From contig CAWGVS010000004.1 in NCBI GenBank assembly GCA_963826115.1, positions 160,001 to 224,000 of the forward strand: DNA of 64,000 nucleotides, in the 5' to 3' direction. Numbering within the stretch: position 1 is the first letter of the stretch; every line of letters starts with the position of its first letter. This stretch comes from an uncultured Candidatus Rokubacteria bacterium (GTDB taxonomy: Bacteria; Methylomirabilota; Methylomirabilia; Rokubacteriales; DASRDR01). This document shows, in pieces, positions 58,173 through 64,000 of this stretch. The notes beneath the pieces are model-generated. The model saw nothing but the letters and a program-made list of their open reading frames with translations. It was not told the origin of the DNA and did no database searches. The translations under genes and the position numbers were made by a program.

Positions 58173-58413
58173 CGGCTTCGTCCTTTCAGGGGGGCGACCG
58201 GAAATCCCGGCCAGGATAGTCGAGCCGGCGACGCGCCGGCAACGCGGGTGAGGCCCCTCCGGGCGGGGCGCGCCGGATTTCTTCGTCGTGGCGCACAGTT
58301 GCAACTCGGGAACTGAACGGGGTCGGGGTCGGTCCAAGTAGCCGAGGACCCGCATGTCAGCTTGTTCGGGCGTCGTCGTGTGCGATAGCCTCAGCGCGTG
58401 GGTAGCGGCACCC

Positions 58414-58974
58414 GTGGCTGAGCTGCCGGCGCGCGACTCCGCGGAGTTCGTGAGCCGGCTCCGGGCGGGTGACCGCCGGGCCTTCGAGGAGCTGGTCCGC
58501 ACCGAGCAGCACCGCGTGTACGGGCTCGCGCTCCGCATGCTGGGGAACGCGGCGGAGGCGCAGGACGTCGCCCAGGAGGCCTTCCTCCGGGCCCACCGCG
58601 GCCTCGCCGACTTCCGGGGCGACGCGCGTCTCTCGACCTGGCTTTACCAGATCGTCTCGCGCCTCTGCCTCAACCGGCTCTCGGGGAGCGAGCGCCGGCT
58701 GGCGCGCCACGGGGAGGAGGCGCTCGCGCGGGTGCCCGACGCCCGGCCGGGCCCCGATCAGGCGCTCGAGCGGGGCGAGCTGGAGGAGGCGCTCCACCGC
58801 GCGATCGCGGAGCTGCCCGAGGAGCGGCGCATCGTGGTGGTCCTGCGAGACGTCGAAGGCCTCGCGTACGAGGAGATCGCCGAGGTGCTGGAGCTGCCGG
58901 TCGGCACGGTGCGGTCCCGGCTCCACCGCGCGCGGCTCGACCTCAAGGAGAAGCTGGAGCGGTTCTTCCCATGA
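58414..58974 (+). CDS. ECF-family RNA polymerase sigma factor
   Basis: AQDVAQEAFL, FRG.A.LSTWLY.I, GLAYEEIA..L.LP.GTVRSRLHRAR. Confidence 0.95.
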   Translation: MAELPARDSAEFVSRLRAGDRRAFEELVRTEQHRVYGLALRMLGNAAEAQDVAQEAFLRAHRGLADFRGDARLSTWLYQIVSRLCLNRLSGSERRLARHGEEALARVPDARPGPDQALERGELEEALHRAIAELPEERRIVVVLRDVEGLAYEEIAEVLELPVGTVRSRLHRARLDLKEKLERFFP

Positions 58975-60260
58975 CGTGCCACGACGCCCGCGAGCAGCTC
59001 TCCCCGCTCCTGGACGACGCGCTGTCGGCGGCGGAGCGCGAGGCGCTCGAGACCCACCTGGCCACCTGCGCCGAGTGCCGCCTCGAGCTGGAGCGCCTGC
59101 GCGGCACGGTGGCGCTCCTCGGGCGCCTCCCGCCGGTCCACGCGCCCGCCGGCTTCGTCGACCGCGTGATGGCCGAGGCGACGCGCCCGCCGTGGCCCCG
59201 GCGCCTTCTCGACATCCTGTTCCAGCCGCTCCGGGTGAAGCTGCCGCTCGAGGCGGCCGCGGTGCTGCTGGTCAGCGTGTCGGCGCTCTACGTCTACCAG
59301 CACGCACCCGAGGTCCGGGAGCGCGCGCGCGAGAACCTGGCCCCCGCGCCGCCGTCGCCACCGGCACCCGGCCCGCCCGCCACGCCGCTCGCGTCGGCCG
59401 TCCCGACCGAGGCGCCGCCGGCAACGCGTCCCGCCGACGAGACGGCGGCGCGCGCCCCGGTCGCGCCGAAGGCGCCCGCGGTCGCGTCGACGCCCGAGGC
59501 GGTCGCGCCCGCGCGGCAGGCGGAGAACGAGGTGACGGCGGCGAAGCCCGCGCCCCCGGTGGAGCTCCGTGCCGAGGCGAAGCCGGATCCGCAGCCGGAG
59601 CTCCAGGCCCAGCCGGAGTTCAGGCTCCAGCGGGAGCCGAAGTCCCAGCGACAGGTGAAGCCCGAGCGGGAGCTCAAGCCCCAGCGGGAGCTGAAGAAGG
59701 AGGTGCTGGCGGACCGTCGGCCCGACGCGCCGCCCGCCGCCGCGACTGCCGAGAAGGCCGCCGCTGCCGAGCCGGCGCCCTCACGCGACGCGGCCGGACC
59801 GCGGGCCGCGACGACGCCTCCGGCGCTCGCGCCCCCGGTGGCCGCGCCCGCGCCGGTTCCCGATGCGCGCGGTGGCCACGGGGCAGGCAGCGCGGGGGCC
59901 GCGTCGCCGGGGACGCCCGCGCCCGAGAGCCCACCGAGCGGTGCGCTCTCGGGCGCGAAGTCGCGAACCGCGTCTCGGTTCATGCGCGCCTCGGACGCGA
60001 GCGGGCGCCTGGTGGTCCCGGCGCGCGAGCCGGCCGAGGTCGCCCTGGACGCGCTGCTGAGTCGCGTCGGCGCGACGCGCGTGGCGCGGCGGGTCGAAGG
60101 CCCCGAGGGCCTCGTCCTCATCGACGTCGTCGTCCCCGCGGCGCGCTACGCGGAATTGCTCGAGGGGCTCGGCCGCCTCGGCCGGTGGACGGTCGAGCAC
60201 GAGTCGAAGACGCTCCCCGTGCAGGTCCGCGTCGAGATCGCCGTCGTCGCGGCGCCCTGA
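58971..60260 (+). CDS. Zinc-binding (ZAS/zf-HC2) transmembrane anti-sigma factor
   Basis: MTC...HLATCAEC, single TM, long low-complexity extracytoplasmic region; ATGA-coupled to the sigma gene. Confidence 0.88.
   Translation: MTCHDAREQLSPLLDDALSAAEREALETHLATCAECRLELERLRGTVALLGRLPPVHAPAGFVDRVMAEATRPPWPRRLLDILFQPLRVKLPLEAAAVLLVSVSALYVYQHAPEVRERARENLAPAPPSPPAPGPPATPLASAVPTEAPPATRPADETAARAPVAPKAPAVASTPEAVAPARQAENEVTAAKPAPPVELRAEAKPDPQPELQAQPEFRLQREPKSQRQVKPERELKPQRELKKEVLADRRPDAPPAAATAEKAAAAEPAPSRDAAGPRAATTPPALAPPVAAPAPVPDARGGHGAGSAGAASPGTPAPESPPSGALSGAKSRTASRFMRASDASGRLVVPAREPAEVALDALLSRVGATRVARRVEGPEGLVLIDVVVPAARYAELLEGLGRLGRWTVEHESKTLPVQVRVEIAVVAAP
59592..59699 (+). repeat. Six degenerate 18-bp tandem units within the anti-sigma gene
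   Basis: QPELQA QPEFRL QREPKS QRQVKP ERELKP QRELKK (approximately cag-c(c/g)g-gag-ctc-aag-ccc). Confidence 0.75.
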
Positions 60261-60359
60261 CCCGCCCGCGCCGCCCCGCCTCCTCCCGGGAACTTCCGGG
60301 CCGATCGCCGGTCCAAGGGACCGAGCGGTCAGAACCCACGAGACCAGGAGGAGCCACCC

Positions 60360-61775
60360 ATGCGCCGTTCCATTGCCGCGATCCTGCTCACCGTCGCCGT
60401 CGTGTCGCCGGGGAGCCCGGCGTCCGCCGCGGCCCCCCTCGCGATCACCCGCGAGAGCCAGAAGGACCTGATGGTGACGATCTACAACGGGAACCTCGGG
60501 CTGGTGAAGGACACCCGCGAAGCCCGCCTGCCCGCGGGGATGAGCGAGGTCCAGTTCGCCGACGTCGCGGCGCAGATCGACCCGACGTCGGTGCACCTGA
60601 AGTCGCTGACGGATCCCGCGGGGCTCCGCATCCTCGAGCAGAACTACGAGTACGACCTCCTGTCGGCCCAGAAGCTCCTCGAGAAGTACGTCGGGAAGAA
60701 GGTCCGCCTCTACCAGGGCAACGGCTCCTGGGTCGAGGCGACGCTTCTGTCGACCGACGGCCCCGTCTACAACATCAACGGCGAGATCCACATGGGCCAT
60801 CAGGGCCAGATCGTCTTCCCGTCGCTGCCGGAGAACCTCGTGTCGAAGCCGACGCTCTTGTGGCTTCTCCGCAACACGGCGCCCACGCCGCAGCGGGTCG
60901 AGGCGTCGTACCTGACCGGCGGCATCACCTGGAAGTCGGACTACGTCGTGATCCTCAACGCGGCCGACGATCGGGCCGATCTCACCGGCTGGGTGACCAT
61001 CGACAACAAGAGCGGGGCGACCTACCAGGACGCGGCGCTGAAGCTCGTGGCCGGGGACCTGAACCGCGCCCGCGACGAGCGCCAGGCCCTCCGGGCCAAC
61101 GAGATGGCGCTGAAGGCCGCCGCGGCCGCGCCGGCCTCCCGCGACTTCGTCTCCGAGGGATTCTTCGAGTACCACCTCTACACGCTCGACGGGCGGACCA
61201 CGATCAAGGACAAGCAGACCAAGCAGCTCACGCTCATGTCCGCCGCCAACGTGCCGGTCCGGAAGGAGCTCGCCTTCTTCGGGGCGCGCGACTACTACCG
61301 CACGCAGTACGGCACGCCGATGAGCAACCAGAAGGTGAGCGTGTTCGTCGAGCTCACGAACTCGAAGGCCAACAACCTCGGGGTCCCGCTCCCCAAGGGC
61401 AAGATCCGCGTCTACAAGGCGGACAAGTCCGGGAGCCAGCAGCTCGTGGGCGAGGACTGGATCGACCACACGCCGAAGGACGAGAAGGTGCGGATCAAGA
61501 TGGGCGAGGCCTTCGACGTGGTGGGCGAGCGGACCCAGCGCGACTGGAAGAAGATCGGCGGGTCGACCTACGAGGTCGAGTGGGAGATCAGCCTCCGGAA
61601 CCACAAGAAGGAGGACGTGGTCGTGAGCGTGATCGAGCCCATCCCGGGCGACTGGGAGGTCGTCCGCGAGTCCCAGGCCCACGAGAAGCTCGAGGCGCAC
61701 ACGCTCCGCTACCAGGTGCCGGTGCCCCAGGAGGGCGCGGCGAAGGTGACCTACCGCGTCCGCCTGCGGTTCTAG
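60360..61775 (+). CDS. Exported DUF4139/DUF4140-family protein
   Basis: Signal peptide; VTIYN.NLGLV, IDPTSV, EQNYEYDL, SYLT.GITW..DY, EYHLY.L, G.PLPKG; AGGAGG SD. Confidence 0.88.
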   Translation: MRRSIAAILLTVAVVSPGSPASAAAPLAITRESQKDLMVTIYNGNLGLVKDTREARLPAGMSEVQFADVAAQIDPTSVHLKSLTDPAGLRILEQNYEYDLLSAQKLLEKYVGKKVRLYQGNGSWVEATLLSTDGPVYNINGEIHMGHQGQIVFPSLPENLVSKPTLLWLLRNTAPTPQRVEASYLTGGITWKSDYVVILNAADDRADLTGWVTIDNKSGATYQDAALKLVAGDLNRARDERQALRANEMALKAAAAAPASRDFVSEGFFEYHLYTLDGRTTIKDKQTKQLTLMSAANVPVRKELAFFGARDYYRTQYGTPMSNQKVSVFVELTNSKANNLGVPLPKGKIRVYKADKSGSQQLVGEDWIDHTPKDEKVRIKMGEAFDVVGERTQRDWKKIGGSTYEVEWEISLRNHKKEDVVVSVIEPIPGDWEVVRESQAHEKLEAHTLRYQVPVPQEGAAKVTYRVRLRF

Positions 61776-61851
61776 GGGGTCAGGCCTCGACTTCCGTACG
61801 GGGGCCCCGCGTGGACCGGGGCGACGTGTACCGAAGTCGAGGCCTGACCCC
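61776..61851. repeat. Long inverted repeat (19-bp perfect arms, GGGGTCAG.../...CTGACCCC) between convergent genes
   Basis: GGGGTCAGGCCTCGACTTC 61776-61794 and GAAGTCGAGGCCTGACCCC 61833-61851, extended by GTAC pairing. Confidence 0.85.
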
Positions 61852-61852
61852 G

Positions 61853-63097
61853 CTAGTTGAAGCGGTCGGGGTCGAGGAGACGGACGTCGGGCGGCGGCGT
61901 CGCGCCGCCGGCGAGCTGGGCGACCAGCTTGCCGGTGGCGGGGCCCATCGACATGCCGACCATGGCGTGGCCGGCGGCCAGCACCAGATTGTCGTAGCGC
62001 CGGGGGCGCCCGACGAGCGGCAGGCCGTCGGGCGTGCACGGCCGGAGCCCGCGCCAGATCTCGAGGAGCTCCAGGTTCTCGCCGCCCTCGATGCACGCGA
62101 GCGCCTTCCGGCGGAGCGCTTCCACGCGCCGGCGGTTGATGGAGAGGTCCATCCCGGCGAGCTCGAGGGTGCCGCCGAACCGGAGGAACTCGCCCATCGG
62201 CGTGACCGAGAAGCGGCCCTCGGCGGGCAGGAGCGGGATGGCCGGCGCCCGCGCGGGTCGCCGGTAGGTCAGGCTGTAGCCCTTGGCCGGCTGGATCGGG
62301 ACGCGAAGGCCGAGCGTACGGCCCACGCCCGGCGACCACGCTCCCGCCGCCAGGACGACCGTATCGGCGGAGAACGTCCCGCGCGTCGTCTCGATCGCGG
62401 TGACCCGGTTGCCTTGCGTCCGGAAGCCCATCGCCTCGGTCCCGGTCATGATCCGCACGCCGTCCGACTCCGCGAGCTTCGCGAGCCCTTTGACGAAGCG
62501 GTCCGGCACGAGGAGGGCGTCCTCCTTGCCGTAGAGGGCGCCGACGACGTCCTTCTGCAGCATGGGCTCGAGCGACCGCGCCTGGGGACCGTCCAGGATC
62601 TCGACGCTCGCGCCGCCCTCGCGGAGGAGGCGCGCCTCGTCCTTGCCATGGGCCAGGCCCTCGGGCGTGGCGAACACGGTCAGCGAGCCCGACTGCCGAA
62701 AGCCGAAGTCGAGGTCTTTCTCCGCGAAGGTGCGGTAGAGCTCGAGGCTCTCGACGCTCAGCCGTCGGAGCAGCGGCATCGCCCGCCGCACCCGACCGGG
62801 CGTGCAGGCCGCTCGGAAGCGCCAGAGCCAGCGCGCGAGCTCGAGGCTAGCGCGCGGCTTGATGTAGAAGGGGCTCTCGGAGTTCAGCATCCACTTGACG
62901 CCCTGCCACCAGACGCCGGGCGCCGCGAGCGGCACGAGATGCGTGGGGACGATCAGCCCCGCGTTCCCGTAGGAGCTGCCGGCGCAGATCTCGCCCTTCT
63001 CGAGGAGCGTGACCTCCCAGCCGTCCCGGGCGAGGTAGTACGCGGAGCTGACGCCGATGACTCCGCCGCCGATCACGACCGCGCTGCGACTCGCCAT
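61853..63097 (-). CDS. D-amino acid dehydrogenase (DadA-like) FAD oxidoreductase
   Basis: VIGGGVIG, GSSYGNAG, AKGYS, WRGLRPCTPDGLP..G, GH...G...GPATG. Confidence 0.92.
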   Translation of the reverse strand: MASRSAVVIGGGVIGVSSAYYLARDGWEVTLLEKGEICAGSSYGNAGLIVPTHLVPLAAPGVWWQGVKWMLNSESPFYIKPRASLELARWLWRFRAACTPGRVRRAMPLLRRLSVESLELYRTFAEKDLDFGFRQSGSLTVFATPEGLAHGKDEARLLREGGASVEILDGPQARSLEPMLQKDVVGALYGKEDALLVPDRFVKGLAKLAESDGVRIMTGTEAMGFRTQGNRVTAIETTRGTFSADTVVLAAGAWSPGVGRTLGLRVPIQPAKGYSLTYRRPARAPAIPLLPAEGRFSVTPMGEFLRFGGTLELAGMDLSINRRRVEALRRKALACIEGGENLELLEIWRGLRPCTPDGLPLVGRPRRYDNLVLAAGHAMVGMSMGPATGKLVAQLAGGATPPPDVRLLDPDRFN

Positions 63098-63214
63098 GCT
63101 GGTCCTCCGCTGGATGGATCGTTGGCCGCGCGCGCCGCGATCGGCGCGCGGGCAAGGTCGAGGATACTCTCACCTCGCTGCCGTTCGCCAGAGGCCGGAG
63201 CCGCCGAGGGGCTA

Positions 63215-63244
63215 TTGCACGGGCCCGCGCGGCTCGTCTAACAT
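63215..63244 (+). promoter_or_regulatory. Sigma70-type promoter for the SBP gene
   Basis: TTGCAC-N18-TAACAT. Confidence 0.55.
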
Positions 63245-63323
63245 GCGCCGCGAACGGCCCGATGTCCCGGGCCGTCACGACGATGTGTCCCGAGAACCCG
63301 CTTCGCGGACCGAGGAGGACTCA

Positions 63324-64000
63324 ATGAGGACCAGAGTTGGCCGTGGATTGCTCGCGCTCCTCGCCATGGCGACCGTGCTGCTGGGGATGGCCGTCGCCTC
63401 GCCCGTCCAGGCGCAGGAGAAGTCCCTCATCAAGGAGATCCAGCAGCGCGGCGAGCTCCGGGTTGGCTACGCCGTGGCCGACCCACACCAGTTCAAGGAT
63501 GCCGCCAGCGGGCAGTGGAAGGGGATCGCCGTCGAGATCATGGAGGAATGGGCCAAGGAGCTTGGGGTCAAGCACGTCCCGGTGGACACGAGCTGGGAGA
63601 CCATGATCGCGGGGCTGCAGGCCAACAAGTATGACGTGGCGGCGGCCCTGAACCGGCGACCGGGCCGAGCCCTCGCCGTGACCTTCTCGACGCCGTACAT
63701 GAACGACACGGGGACGTTCGCGGTGAATCGGGCCAAGGTGAAGGCCCGGACGTTCGAGGAGCTGGATCAGAAGGGTACGAAGGTTGCGGTGGTGCTCGGG
63801 ACTGCGGAAGACAAGTCCCTGTCCCGGATCGCGAAGAACATGGAGCTGCTGCGTCTCGCGGACCAGAACGAGATCCGGATTGCCGTGCAATCCGGTCGGG
63901 CCCAGGCCCTCTTCGACGACATCTCGGGCAACGCCAAGTTCGCCAAGGAGAACAAGACGATCCGTCTCATCATCCCCGCCAGCCCGATCCTGGTCGAGGG
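63324..64000 (+). CDS. Polar amino-acid ABC transporter substrate-binding protein (family 3), 3'-truncated by window edge
   Basis: GAGGAGG SD; signal peptide; IQQRGELRVG, G.W.GI.VE, SWETMIAGLQANKYD, RALAVTFSTPY. Confidence 0.88.
   Translation, partial: MRTRVGRGLLALLAMATVLLGMAVASPVQAQEKSLIKEIQQRGELRVGYAVADPHQFKDAASGQWKGIAVEIMEEWAKELGVKHVPVDTSWETMIAGLQANKYDVAAALNRRPGRALAVTFSTPYMNDTGTFAVNRAKVKARTFEELDQKGTKVAVVLGTAEDKSLSRIAKNMELLRLADQNEIRIAVQSGRAQALFDDISGNAKFAKENKTIRLIIPASPILVE

Noticed and set aside
63186-63206. Possible further copy of the 21-bp repeat (cgccagaggccggagccgccg)
   Set aside because: Needs an indel and several mismatches, the hairpin is broken, and it is not at a co-oriented junction.
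58469-63241. 1590-aa plus-strand ORF, and other long Arg/Pro/Gly-rich ORFs such as 348-2870, 3344-6211 and 20092-22872
   Set aside because: Off-frame or antisense shadows of real genes, expected at very high GC; no recognisable motifs.

Overview
Very GC-rich bacterial chromosomal window with about 57 mostly plus-strand genes. I saw no rRNA, tRNA, CRISPR array, integrase or transposase. Gene content and style suggest Candidatus Rokubacteria/Methylomirabilota, but this is inference only. Main blocks: (i) acyl-CoA catabolism genes plus a non-pyrrolysine MttB-family methyltransferase, corrinoid protein and homocysteine methyltransferase trio; (ii) assorted oxidoreductases/hydrolases and a class III cyclase-STAND ATPase; (iii) a hydantoinase/oxoprolinase A/B pair split by a compositionally distinct adenylate-forming enzyme plus GT2 cassette; (iv) citrate synthase divergent from a stand-alone Xis/BldC-like HTH, with a 10-bp direct-repeat operator; (v) a copper locus (RAPP-ending DUF2946-like leader, outer-membrane protein, copC); (vi) envelope genes, galU, pncB-trpC-trpF-trpB-trpA-accD-folC; (vii) ECF sigma/anti-sigma/DUF4139. 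The most unusual signal is a dispersed 21-bp hairpin repeat (consensus GGCCACAGGCCGAAGGCCGTC, 5 copies at 3 loci). At two loci it lies inside 141-nt mini-ORFs that bridge neighbouring genes through NTGA stop/start overlaps, like mycobacterial MIRUs. Also notable: many apparently leaderless genes, an unannotated 39-aa rubredoxin-like gene, a stand-alone phage-baseplate-like domain with a membrane anchor, and two pseudogene remnants.
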